DNA of 61,155 nt from Bdellovibrionia bacterium (GTDB lineage Bacteria; Bdellovibrionota; UBA1018; JBILEK01), in contig JBILEK010000005.1 of the NCBI GenBank assembly GCA_044352155.1, positions 1 through 61,155 on the forward strand. The letters run 5' to 3'. This document shows positions 28,291-37,528 of this stretch, in pieces. The notes beneath the pieces were generated by a model. That model did no database searches, was not told the origin of the DNA, and saw only the letters and a program-made list of their open reading frames with translations. Made by a program: the position numbers and the translations under genes. Positions within the stretch are counted from its first letter, which is position 1; each line of letters opens with the position of its first letter.

Positions 28291-30774
28291 ATGATCACCA
28301 ACTACGACGGCGAGCAAATTGAGATGCCAGAAAATCTTCCAATGCTCCCTGTGCGTGACATTGTCGTGTTTCCTTACATGATCATCCCGCTGTTTGTGGG
28401 CCGTGATTCGTCTATCTTGAGTGTTGAGGAGTCTCTTGCACGAACAGATAAGCTGATTCTTTTAGCTTCGCAAAAAGACATCAGCGAAGAGTTCCCCTCT
28501 CCTGAAGGCATCTACAACGTCGGCACTGTTGCGATGATCATGCGGATGAAAAAGCTCCCCGACGGTCGGATCAAAATCCTGACCCAAGGCTTGTGCAAAG
28601 CGAGGATCGAAGAGTTCTCCCAGACGCAGCCTTTCTTTCAAACTCGAATTAAGCGGATCGAAGACCAGCTCTTAGGTGTACCCAGTGAGCACATGGCATT
28701 GATCCGAAACACTCGCGAGCAACTCGAGCGAGTGATCTCGCTCGGCAAGTCGATGTCACCAGACATTCTCCAACTCATGGAGGACATCCAGGATCCAGGG
28801 CGTCTGGCTGATTTGATTGCTGCCAATTTGGGGCTAAAGGTTTCAGAGGCTCAGTCTGTTCTGGAGACGACAGATGGCTTTGAGAGGCTGAAAAAAATTC
28901 ATGAGTTTCTCATGAAAGAATGCGAAGTGCTCTCCATCCAAGCCAAGATCCGATCTCAAGCGAAGGATGAAATGTCCAAGTCGCAGAAGGAATACTTCCT
29001 TCGCGAGCAGATCCGCGCGATCAAATCTGAGCTTGGTGATGCCGACTCTAAAGGTGAGGAAGTTGAAGAGCTCAAGGAAAAGATTCTCGCCTGCAAAATG
29101 CCGCCCGAAGTCGAGACAGAAGCGCTCAAGCAACTCCAAAGGCTCGAGCGCATGCACCCAGAGGCCTCCGAAGCCTCGATGCTTCGGACCTATGTGGATT
29201 GGCTGATCGACACGCCTTGGAGCAAGCACACTCCTGACAATCTTGATCTCACACGCGCAAAGGCGGTGCTGGATGACGATCACTATAATCTCGACAAGAT
29301 CAAAGAGCGCATTCTGGAGTATCTTGCAGTCCGCAAATTAAAATCCGATTCGAAAGGACCGATCCTCTGCTTCTCTGGGCCTCCCGGGGTCGGTAAGACT
29401 TCGCTCGGTCGCTCGATTGCAAAGGCCTTGGGTCGCAACTTTGTGAGAATTAGCCTAGGCGGCGTGAAGGATGAGGCTGAGATCCGCGGGCATCGCAGAA
29501 CGTATGTGGGCGCTCTACCGGGTCGGATCATTCAAGGACTCAAGCAAGCAGGGACCAATAACCCTGTGTTTGTTCTCGACGAGATCGATAAGCTCGGAAG
29601 CGATTTCCGAGGAGATCCTTCGGCAGCACTTCTTGAGGTTTTGGATCCTGAACAAAACTTCTCTTTCCGTGATCACTACTTGAATGTCCCGTTTGATGTT
29701 TCAAACGTGATGTTCATTGCGACCTGTAACATGCTCGATACGATCCCCTCGGCGCTCCGCGACCGAATGGAAATCATCCAGCTTGCAGGCTACACGGAAG
29801 AAGAAAAGTTCTTCATCGCTAAGAAACACTTGATCCCAAAGCAGATCGAGGAAAACGGTCTAAATCCAGAACAAATCGAGATCAAAGACGAGGGAGTGCG
29901 CTCCGTGGTTCGCGAGTACACTCGCGAAGCTGGATTGCGTAATCTTGAGCGTCTCATCGGTTCGCTCTGTCGTAAAACTGCGCGACTCGTTGCCGAGGGC
30001 AAGTCGAGCAAAACTGCGGTCACCGAGGAGCAAGTTCACAAATTTTTAGGACCAGCTCCTTACACCCGCGAAGACGAGCAAGAGAAAGATGAAGTTGGCA
30101 TTGCAACAGGGCTTGCCTGGACTGCGGTGGGTGGAGAGATTCTCTACGTTGAAACAACTGCAACCAAAGGTAAAGGTGGCGTCATCATGACGGGCCAACT
30201 GGGCGACGTCATGAAAGAGTCAGGCACTGCAGCACTAGGGCTGATCAAGTGGAGAGCAGCAGATTTTGGAATCGATGATGATGTGTTCACCTCGACTGAT
30301 ATCCATGTTCACTTTCCGGCAGGAGCCATTCCTAAGGATGGCCCTTCGGCAGGGATCACCATGGCGTCTGCGATGATTTCGCGACTCACCGGGATTGCGC
30401 TCCGTAAGGATGTGGCGATGACTGGAGAGATCACCCTGACGGGGCGTGTGCTCCCGATCGGTGGCCTCAAAGAGAAGGCCTTGGCTGCGATGAGACATGG
30501 TGTGAAGACCGTCATTATACCGGACAAGAACAAAAAGGATCTTGAGGATATTCCGCAGGAGTATCGAGATGCGCTCAAGTTTGTTCCGGTAAAGACGATC
30601 GACGATGTTCTAAAGATCGTGCTCACACGAAAGCTCGAGCCACGCGAAGAGAAAAAAGGCGGAAACTCGACGGACTTTGACGCTCCTGAAACGCGGGTTC
30701 AAAAGCCAAATCGTAAAAAGCACATCGCAGCCGCGGCTGCATCGGCACCGATCAAAGCTAAGCGCATTGCCTAA
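28291..30774 (+). CDS. lon: ATP-dependent protease La
   Basis: LON N-domain, GPPGVGKTS, PKDGPSAG, PIGGLKEK. Confidence 0.97.
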   Translation: MITNYDGEQIEMPENLPMLPVRDIVVFPYMIIPLFVGRDSSILSVEESLARTDKLILLASQKDISEEFPSPEGIYNVGTVAMIMRMKKLPDGRIKILTQGLCKARIEEFSQTQPFFQTRIKRIEDQLLGVPSEHMALIRNTREQLERVISLGKSMSPDILQLMEDIQDPGRLADLIAANLGLKVSEAQSVLETTDGFERLKKIHEFLMKECEVLSIQAKIRSQAKDEMSKSQKEYFLREQIRAIKSELGDADSKGEEVEELKEKILACKMPPEVETEALKQLQRLERMHPEASEASMLRTYVDWLIDTPWSKHTPDNLDLTRAKAVLDDDHYNLDKIKERILEYLAVRKLKSDSKGPILCFSGPPGVGKTSLGRSIAKALGRNFVRISLGGVKDEAEIRGHRRTYVGALPGRIIQGLKQAGTNNPVFVLDEIDKLGSDFRGDPSAALLEVLDPEQNFSFRDHYLNVPFDVSNVMFIATCNMLDTIPSALRDRMEIIQLAGYTEEEKFFIAKKHLIPKQIEENGLNPEQIEIKDEGVRSVVREYTREAGLRNLERLIGSLCRKTARLVAEGKSSKTAVTEEQVHKFLGPAPYTREDEQEKDEVGIATGLAWTAVGGEILYVETTATKGKGGVIMTGQLGDVMKESGTAALGLIKWRAADFGIDDDVFTSTDIHVHFPAGAIPKDGPSAGITMASAMISRLTGIALRKDVAMTGEITLTGRVLPIGGLKEKALAAMRHGVKTVIIPDKNKKDLEDIPQEYRDALKFVPVKTIDDVLKIVLTRKLEPREEKKGGNSTDFDAPETRVQKPNRKKHIAAAAASAPIKAKRIA

Positions 30775-30842
30775 GCCAACGGTTTGACAGTTTGACTCTG
30801 GATCCTCTTGCCGTAGACTAAAGGTTAAGGGGGTTGCAGAGG

Positions 30843-31256
30843 ATGGCAACCAAACGAACTGTACTGATCGTTGACGACATCGCGTTTGTGCGATCGATGC
30901 TAGCGCAAGTGCTTTCAGAAAATCACTTTCAGGTCGTCGGTGAAGCTGAAAACGGAATCGCTGCGATCGAAATGTTCGAGCGTACTCGGCCTGATGTCGT
31001 CTTGATGGATGTCGTGATGCCGAATCTCGGCGGCATTGAGGCGACGCGACGTATTCTGAAAAAACATAAAGAAGCAAAGATCATCATGTGCTCGGCGATG
31101 GCTCAAGAGAGCTTAGTCATGGAGGCGATCAATGCAGGCGCGCGCGATTATGTGCTGAAGCCGTTTTCAAGTCAGGATATTTTAAAAGCAATTCACCACG
31201 TGCTTCAAGGTGGTGATCTCACTCAGCGTCGTCCAAATCAAAGGGCGGTCGGATGA
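30843..31256 (+). CDS. cheY: Single-domain CheY-like response regulator
   Basis: IVDD, MDVVMP, CSAM, KPF. Confidence 0.82.
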   Translation: MATKRTVLIVDDIAFVRSMLAQVLSENHFQVVGEAENGIAAIEMFERTRPDVVLMDVVMPNLGGIEATRRILKKHKEAKIIMCSAMAQESLVMEAINAGARDYVLKPFSSQDILKAIHHVLQGGDLTQRRPNQRAVG

Positions 31257-31711
31257 GCTCACCTTGGAAAGAGGCTTTTGAATCAAGTCTGCCCATGCAC
31301 TTTGACTTTTATCACTTAGGTCGTGTTGAACGCCTCGGACGATCACTTCGACCCGAGTTTTGGAATCTCCACGACTGCGTGGCACTGCAGTTCAAAATCT
31401 ACTCGATGAGCGAAAGCTTAGTCGGGTACATCTATGTGTTTATTGACTCAGGGCTTGACTCCTCTGTCTATGCTGAGCTCGGCAATGTGATCGCAAGTCA
31501 GACTTCTCGATCCCTGAGTGACTCTCACCGCTTTGGCGAAGAGTTTTTTATCACGCCCCCAAGAACAATCACCGTTCCTCTGGTCGAGAAAATGGTAGCT
31601 CTCGGCGGAGAGTGGACCTCACTCAAGTACCGCCATCAGCACCGCGACCACTCCATTGAGGTTCCCGTTCTCATTCATACTCAGTCGGGCGCAAGGAGTG
31701 CTCGTGCTTAA
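31253..31711 (+). CDS. Divergent CheC/CheX-like protein
   Basis: ELGNVIA (ExxN motif) and ITPP; overlaps the cheY stop. Confidence 0.5.
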   Translation: MSSPWKEAFESSLPMHFDFYHLGRVERLGRSLRPEFWNLHDCVALQFKIYSMSESLVGYIYVFIDSGLDSSVYAELGNVIASQTSRSLSDSHRFGEEFFITPPRTITVPLVEKMVALGGEWTSLKYRHQHRDHSIEVPVLIHTQSGARSARA

Positions 31712-31991
31712 GCTCATTGGACTCCTTTTTAAGATCAGCCTGTTTGCTCTTGCAGTGCTCGTACTTGGAAACCTGGTACAGGTTCGAGGCCGTACGGTCT
31801 CAGATCAGATTAAAACTCAAATGTCCCATGCCGAGCGACTCCTCCCGGTGCAGCCGCTCGAAGAGTGGCGAAAAAAGATCAAAAACTCCTCCGACGATCT
31901 GTTGCACTCTGCCCAAGAAGAGATCCTCCCTTCGGAGCGAAAAAAGCTTCAGGGTCTTTTGCGGGAACTCAACTCCCAAGACTCTCGCTAA
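31704..31991 (+). CDS. Small membrane-anchored hypothetical protein
   Basis: GTG start with AAGGAG RBS, N-terminal TM. Confidence 0.65.
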   Translation: MLKLIGLLFKISLFALAVLVLGNLVQVRGRTVSDQIKTQMSHAERLLPVQPLEEWRKKIKNSSDDLLHSAQEEILPSERKKLQGLLRELNSQDSR

Positions 31992-32133
31992 ACTCCCTGT
32001 CTAAGAATTGGACAGCTGCGCGCCTCTTTGCGCCACTCGAGGGCCCCTTGGGCCACCTCCGCCCAGGGCTATTTCGTGATATAAATTCAATAATTTCAAT
32101 AACTTAATAACCAGGATCCAATTTGACTCACTG

Positions 32134-32149
32134 TGGCATTTTGGTTGCA
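32134..32149 (+). promoter_or_regulatory. Sigma54 (-24/-12) promoter of secreted peptide 1, with IHF-like site upstream at 32094-32106
   Basis: TGGCATTTTGGTTGCA = GG-N10-GC; upstream TTTCAATAACTTA has one mismatch to the IHF consensus. Confidence 0.7.
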
Positions 32150-32204
32150 CCCCTCTTCTTCAAGAGAGAGATGCGCTGATCGGCGCCGCGAAAGAGGAGT
32201 TGAT

Positions 32205-32438
32205 ATGAAGAACAAGAGCCTAAACACCATCTGGATTCTAGCCCTGACGATCTGTAGCTCTGCAGCTTATGCAGGAGGCCCTATTGGCGGAGAGCGCCGC
32301 TGGGTGGAAACTGCAAGCGAGCCAGGAGCCACACTTTGTCACGAAGGCGCAAAAGTTCTAAGCCAGGTCATCACAGAGACCTCAGACGGACAGAAAAAGT
32401 CTGCTCAAGGTCGCTCTGCTGCATCTGCTGCACGCTAA
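32205..32438 (+). CDS. Small secreted peptide 1 (77 aa)
   Basis: GAGGAG RBS, Sec signal ending AYA, low-complexity mature part with one Cys, tail KSAQGRSA. Confidence 0.72.
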   Translation: MKNKSLNTIWILALTICSSAAYAGGPIGGERRWVETASEPGATLCHEGAKVLSQVITETSDGQKKSAQGRSAASAAR

Positions 32439-32440
32439 AC

Positions 32441-32457
32441 TGTAAAAACTTTTGACA
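32441..32457. promoter_or_regulatory. Near-perfect palindrome, candidate transcription factor operator
   Basis: TGTAAAAACTTTTGACA, one mismatch from TGTCAAAA-N-TTTTGACA. Confidence 0.4.
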
Positions 32458-32499
32458 CTCAAAGTGTGCCATTCCGAAAACAGCCGCATGAGCTTAGAA

Positions 32500-32527
32500 T
32501 CAAGAGAGGATTCTGGCCATCCGATAC
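32500..32527 (+). promoter_or_regulatory. FliA/sigma28-type promoter of secreted peptide 2
   Basis: TCAAG-N15-TCCGATAC, 23 nt before the ATG. Confidence 0.55.
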
Positions 32528-32550
32528 GAGAGACAAGACAGGGAGTAACT

Positions 32551-32751
32551 ATGAAGAAGCTTTTGTTAATCATGGCTCTGATGATCTCGGCGCAAGCTGC
32601 TTTTGCAGAAGAGGTCACAAAGAGCACGCAAGGAGGCGAGATTCGCCCCGACTGTAACGCGGTTGTGGATGCGTCGACGATCCTTCCTCAGGCCCCAGTC
32701 TCAACGAGCACGCCTGCGCCGAAGTCTAGCCAAGGTCGCTCAGCTCAGTAA
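32551..32751 (+). CDS. Small secreted peptide 2 (66 aa), positional analogue of Hit/Bd0108
   Basis: GGGAG RBS, Sec signal MKKLLL...AFA, Ser/Thr/Pro-rich mature part with one Cys, tail KSSQGRSAQ; adjacent to the Bd0109-like gene. Confidence 0.75.
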   Translation: MKKLLLIMALMISAQAAFAEEVTKSTQGGEIRPDCNAVVDASTILPQAPVSTSTPAPKSSQGRSAQ

Positions 32752-32813
32752 CCTGCACAACCGCTAAGAGCCGCACTGCACACAGCAATCAACAGGTGAG
32801 GCCCACTTCAAAT

Positions 32814-34478
32814 TCAAAAGGACAGCGTAACGCCCGCAGGACGAATGATGTCCAGCAGATTTTGAAACGCGCTCGTCACTTGAAGCGCGATCCTACGGCC
32901 TGCTGACGAATCGACACTCTTCACTTCACCTGAATTACTGTAAGTCACTTTGATCGAGCCAAGCTTTGGATCAATGATCTCAATGGGCTTTGAGTTCTGA
33001 TCGTACTTGAAGTCGATTCTGCGCTTACTCTCGTCAATCATACTCGCGATTCGACCGTTACGATCGTAAATCAACTGCACACCTTTGCCCTTGTCGTTTT
33101 TCGCAAGCGCGAGATTGCCTTTGCTGTCATAGCTGTACTGAAACCAGGCACGTTTTCGATCGAGTTTTGAGAAGCGATCGACTTTAGTAACCTTGCCGTA
33201 CTGTGGATGATAGGCGAGCCGCGTGAGCTCTGAGGGGGTATCTTTTTCGACAACCCGCCCTTTAACGTCATATTTAAACTTGGTCTCATCTGATCCTTTT
33301 TTAATCAAAGTTGGGAGACCGCAGCACTCATTGTAAGTCGTCTCCGTACGATCGCCATCGACGACAGTCACTAGACGGTACTGCCAACTTTCGCCATTGG
33401 GTTTACGCTTCAAAAAGTATTCGTACGATGAGTTGGAAATCGGACGAGAGTCTCGGTTTTTGACTTTCACGCCCACCGTAAAGTGCAGGTCGTCTGCCTT
33501 ATCTTTTTGATACGAGTACTCAGTCAGTGTCCCTTCGCGATCTTTCAGAGACTTGACATTAAGGTCTTGCGCCACTCCATAGTACTCAATCTCCATCGTC
33601 GTTTTGTCCGAGTAGGTGATCTTGCGAAGATTATGATAGTTATCCGTCGAGTACTCGTAGCGATAGACATTTCCGAACGCATCTTTGACTTGCGTAAGCT
33701 CAAGCTGATCGTTGTACTGGTACGTTGCAGTCTTGCCGCCCTCACTCTCAACTTTTTCCAGTAGACCTTTGTTATTCCAACTCAAGAACATCTTGCGCAA
33801 AAAATTATCTTCAAGACTTCGTAGTTTTCCGTCCTTTTGATAGGTGAAATTCAGAAAATTATTGTTACGGTCGGTGATTTTGACAAGCTTTCCGTCCTCA
33901 TCGAAAACTTCAACTTTTCCATTTTCAAATGAGCGCTGATAACCACTCTTTAAACGCGTAATGTATTGATAGCTAAATTTATTCGAAGTGAACTGCGTCC
34001 CTTCGGGCACCTTGCGGCGCTGCAGTTTCCCACTTCGCACGAGCGCCTCCCATTCGCGATTACGCAGAACGGGATCTTCGCGCAGCTGCTTTTGATACTC
34101 CTCGATGCGTGCCGCTCCACTCACTTTGCCCGAAGAGCGCGCCGCATCTACAATCGCCTTTATACCTTGCTCGAAATCGGCCGCGTTGAACTTAACGGGA
34201 GTAAATCGATTCTCGGCACCCCCTCCGTACTCGTATACAGTGATGCTACCGTCAGCAGATACTCGCAAATATACTTCGTACTCAGTACCCCAGCCCCAAC
34301 CAAACATCCCTTTATAGATACTCTTTGAGTTGTACACGCGCTCGATCTTGGGCTCGAAGCCACCAGTATAAACAACGTCGCGATAACCGATAAAAAAGTT
34401 TCCAGTCCGCAAGCTAACGTTAGCCTGCACGCTAGGCAGAATCGACAAGAACGCGCACAAAACAAATAGAGCTCGCAT
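32814..34478 (-). CDS. Secreted YD/RHS-repeat protein, Bd0109-like, no toxin domain
   Basis: Signal peptide, DUF6531-like N-terminus (RVYNS...GMFGWGW), many YD repeats, ends FQNLLDIIRPAGVTLSF without a DPxG core. Confidence 0.85.
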   Translation of the reverse strand: MRALFVLCAFLSILPSVQANVSLRTGNFFIGYRDVVYTGGFEPKIERVYNSKSIYKGMFGWGWGTEYEVYLRVSADGSITVYEYGGGAENRFTPVKFNAADFEQGIKAIVDAARSSGKVSGAARIEEYQKQLREDPVLRNREWEALVRSGKLQRRKVPEGTQFTSNKFSYQYITRLKSGYQRSFENGKVEVFDEDGKLVKITDRNNNFLNFTYQKDGKLRSLEDNFLRKMFLSWNNKGLLEKVESEGGKTATYQYNDQLELTQVKDAFGNVYRYEYSTDNYHNLRKITYSDKTTMEIEYYGVAQDLNVKSLKDREGTLTEYSYQKDKADDLHFTVGVKVKNRDSRPISNSSYEYFLKRKPNGESWQYRLVTVVDGDRTETTYNECCGLPTLIKKGSDETKFKYDVKGRVVEKDTPSELTRLAYHPQYGKVTKVDRFSKLDRKRAWFQYSYDSKGNLALAKNDKGKGVQLIYDRNGRIASMIDESKRRIDFKYDQNSKPIEIIDPKLGSIKVTYSNSGEVKSVDSSAGRRIALQVTSAFQNLLDIIRPAGVTLSF

Positions 34479-34493
34479 GATCTCCCCCAAGTC

Positions 34494-35372
34494 TTAAACG
34501 TCGATCTTAACGACTTTTAGTATGACGAATAGAGCTACAACTTCCAAGAGTAGAACGATCATGAGCAGGATCCAGCCAAACGCAGTTGTAAACAAAGGCT
34601 GCATTAACTCTGGGTCACTTTGCTGCATGAGCAAAAGCATCATGGGTGGCACACCGAGTAAGAACATCCCCTGCATTCGAGCTTGCGCAGTCATGGCCTG
34701 GATCTTTCCTTCGACCTTGATGCGATCGCGGATCGTTAGAACGATGGTGTCAAAAGTCTCAGCCAAGTTTCCGCCGGTTTCTTTGAGGATATTGACAGAA
34801 GTCACAAACATCTCAACATCGTCAGAAACCACACGTTTTGACAGACTCGTCAGACACTCCTCTAATGGGGTGCCCAACTTGTTCTGACTCAAAACCAAGT
34901 TAAACTCCTGCTGGATTGGATTGGGCATCTCAGAGGTTACGAGCCCGAGCGACTGTACCACGCTGAGCCCTGACTTCATGCCGTTGGACATCAGGGATAG
35001 TCCGTCCACCATTTGGTTCACAAACCTTTCAACACGCTTTTGATAAAAGTAATCGACTACGAACTTAGGCACTTTCCAAGCTAATACCGACCATATCGAA
35101 GCTGCCAAAAGACCAATCACATAGTGCGGGAGGATGAGAGTGAAAAAAATGAGTCCTGGTCCCAGAGCAAACATGAGCTGTACGAGCAACACTCGGTGCG
35201 GAGGAACATCAATAAACATGAGCTTAAGTTTATCAACAATGTAGTCACGCGTGCCGACCGACTGGAATCGAAACCAGTCTAAAAACTGTTTATTGTAATG
35301 AAGAGTAAACAAAAAAACTGCAACCCCAATGAGCGCGAGAGCGGCCCAGTAGTAAAGAATTTCCGTCTTCAT
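34494..35372 (-). CDS. tadB: Flp pilus assembly platform protein TadB
   Basis: GMKSGLSVVQSL, ETGGNLAETFD, MTAQARMQ; TMs. Confidence 0.88.
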   Translation of the reverse strand: MKTEILYYWAALALIGVAVFLFTLHYNKQFLDWFRFQSVGTRDYIVDKLKLMFIDVPPHRVLLVQLMFALGPGLIFFTLILPHYVIGLLAASIWSVLAWKVPKFVVDYFYQKRVERFVNQMVDGLSLMSNGMKSGLSVVQSLGLVTSEMPNPIQQEFNLVLSQNKLGTPLEECLTSLSKRVVSDDVEMFVTSVNILKETGGNLAETFDTIVLTIRDRIKVEGKIQAMTAQARMQGMFLLGVPPMMLLLMQQSDPELMQPLFTTAFGWILLMIVLLLEVVALFVILKVVKIDV

Positions 35373-37525
35373 TTGACCGCGAAAAGACCGCGAGAAATCT
35401 TCATCCCCTTGGCCTCCATCTCCTCTACAAATTTCGGAATAAATCCCGTCGGCACGTAGCGACCGATGACTTTGCGATTCTTGTCGAGACCTTCTTGCTT
35501 AAAGTAAAAAATATCCTGAAGCGAAATCACCTCGCCCTGCATGCCGGTGACTTCGCTGATATAAGTCACTTTGCGTGAGCCATCTGAGAGACGACTTTGC
35601 TGAATAATGAGATTCACTGCGCTTGCGATTGTTTCTTTTAATGCTTTCGAGGGTAAGCCCAACCCTGCCATCGTGCACAGAGTCTCAAGTCGCCCAATGC
35701 ATTCGCGTGGATTATTCGAGTGGACGGTGGTCATTGAGCCAGCGTGACCGGTGTTCATGGCTTGAAGCATGTCAATTGCAGCGCCATCACGAATCTCACC
35801 TACAACAATTCGATCCGGTCGCATCCGAAGACAGTTTTTCACAAGATCTCGAATGGAGACTTCACCCTTGCCTTCAATGTTTTTGGGGCGCGCCTCAAGA
35901 CGTACGACATGCTCCTGCACCAGCTGAAGCTCAGCAGAGTCCTCCACAGTAATCACTCGATCCGAGGACGGAATAAAACTCGAGAGTACGTTCAACAGGG
36001 TCGTCTTCCCTGAGCCGGTCCCCCCAGAGACAACGACGTTAAGCTTGCCTTCGACGCAAATACGTAAAAAGTCAGCAATCTCCTCCGTCATCGAGCCCTT
36101 TCCTACAAGGTCTTTATAAGTCAGCCGATGTTTCGGAAATTTTCGAATCGTGATCGTAGGGCCCCGCAGGGCAAGAGGGGGGATAATAATATGCACTCGC
36201 GAGCCATCCGGAAGTCTTGCGTCCACATAGGGAGACGACTCGTTCACTTGACGCCCGAGAGGTGCGACAATCCGGTCAATGATCGTACGCATCTGAGTTT
36301 CGGTCGTAAAAGTTACTTTGGAGAGGGTCGGCTTACCTGACTTCTCAATAAAAATCTGGTCTCTCGCGTTCACCATGATTTCAGTTACCGTATCATCAGA
36401 GAGAAGATCTTCTAGTGGTCCAAAACCAAGCGCCTCATCCAGCACCTCTCTCACGATTTGCTGCTTGAGTTCACGTGTCTGTAAGATGCTACCTGCGTCC
36501 TCAGTCGGGAGAGCTTCAAGGACTGCTTGTTCAGTTTTTTTGTAAATGACTTCGCGCTGCTTGGGATCTGCGGTCTCGAAGTTCATTTTTTTTAGATCAA
36601 GTTTATCTTGAATCGCCGCAAGGAGACGGATCTTAAGCGCAGTCCAAGCATCAACTGATCCCATCCGGCTCCGTCCAAAAGGCGAGCCATCTCCTGATCG
36701 AGCAACCGAACTCTGATCCTGAGCCTTTGCGGCCACATGAGCTGCAACGCCGGTGGGCTTTTTGAGTTGCGCAAGACGCTTTAAGAGGTCCGTCTGCTGC
36801 ATTTTTCGAACAAGATCATTGTACGCCCGCGCCAGTGGAGTGCCCGGGGCAAGAATCGTCAGTGGCGTCGATTTTGAGAGACAGCCATCACAAGTTGAAG
36901 GCTCATCCGGAAGTACGGCGAACACTTCGCGATTAAGATTTTTTTGAATGACTGCAGGATTGTAGAGACTCCCTGCATTAAGTTTGTTGACAATGATCTG
37001 CACCATCTGAGGAGGAAATAATAACTCTTGAATTCGAGCGATCACACGCTTGGTTTGATTCATGACAATCAAATCAGGAGTCGTCACAACAAAAATCGCA
37101 GTCGCATACTCCAGCACACGCATTGTGTGAGAGTCCATTGAGCTTCCGCAGTCGACGACAACGAAATCAAAAATATTTGTAACGCTTTTTAGAAAACGAC
37201 TCAGACCTTCGCCATCAAGATCACTTGCAAGAATTGAATCTCGAGGTGCACCAATGAGGTGATAACCCTGCGGAGCGTTCACCATAAAAGGCGCCAAAGT
37301 TTTTGGATCCATTGGACCCACAGGCAGTTTTGATACATCCACAATACTTCTCTGCGGATTTTGACCCAAGATCAGGTTCTGATCCCCTAAGCTCGTCAGA
37401 TCGAGATCGACAATAAGGGGGCGCTGCTTAAAGTTCTGCATATGCGCGATCGCAAGATTTGCAGCAAAGACGCTCTTACCCACTCCTCCTTTTCCGCCTA
37501 CAACTGCAACGAGATGTCCTGGCAT
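35369..37525 (-). CDS. tadA: TadZ/CpaE-TadA/CpaF fusion ATPase
   Basis: N-terminal MinD-like GGKGGVGKS domain; C-terminal [30 protein letters not shown]. Confidence 0.9.
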   Translation of the reverse strand: MPGHLVAVVGGKGGVGKSVFAANLAIAHMQNFKQRPLIVDLDLTSLGDQNLILGQNPQRSIVDVSKLPVGPMDPKTLAPFMVNAPQGYHLIGAPRDSILASDLDGEGLSRFLKSVTNIFDFVVVDCGSSMDSHTMRVLEYATAIFVVTTPDLIVMNQTKRVIARIQELLFPPQMVQIIVNKLNAGSLYNPAVIQKNLNREVFAVLPDEPSTCDGCLSKSTPLTILAPGTPLARAYNDLVRKMQQTDLLKRLAQLKKPTGVAAHVAAKAQDQSSVARSGDGSPFGRSRMGSVDAWTALKIRLLAAIQDKLDLKKMNFETADPKQREVIYKKTEQAVLEALPTEDAGSILQTRELKQQIVREVLDEALGFGPLEDLLSDDTVTEIMVNARDQIFIEKSGKPTLSKVTFTTETQMRTIIDRIVAPLGRQVNESSPYVDARLPDGSRVHIIIPPLALRGPTITIRKFPKHRLTYKDLVGKGSMTEEIADFLRICVEGKLNVVVSGGTGSGKTTLLNVLSSFIPSSDRVITVEDSAELQLVQEHVVRLEARPKNIEGKGEVSIRDLVKNCLRMRPDRIVVGEIRDGAAIDMLQAMNTGHAGSMTTVHSNNPRECIGRLETLCTMAGLGLPSKALKETIASAVNLIIQQSRLSDGSRKVTYISEVTGMQGEVISLQDIFYFKQEGLDKNRKVIGRYVPTGFIPKFVEEMEAKGMKISRGLFAVK

Positions 37526-37528
37526 GGG

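Noticed and set aside
32205-34478. Rhs toxin-immunity pair
   Set aside because: No DPxG core or toxin domain; the small genes are convergent, secreted and have their own promoter motifs
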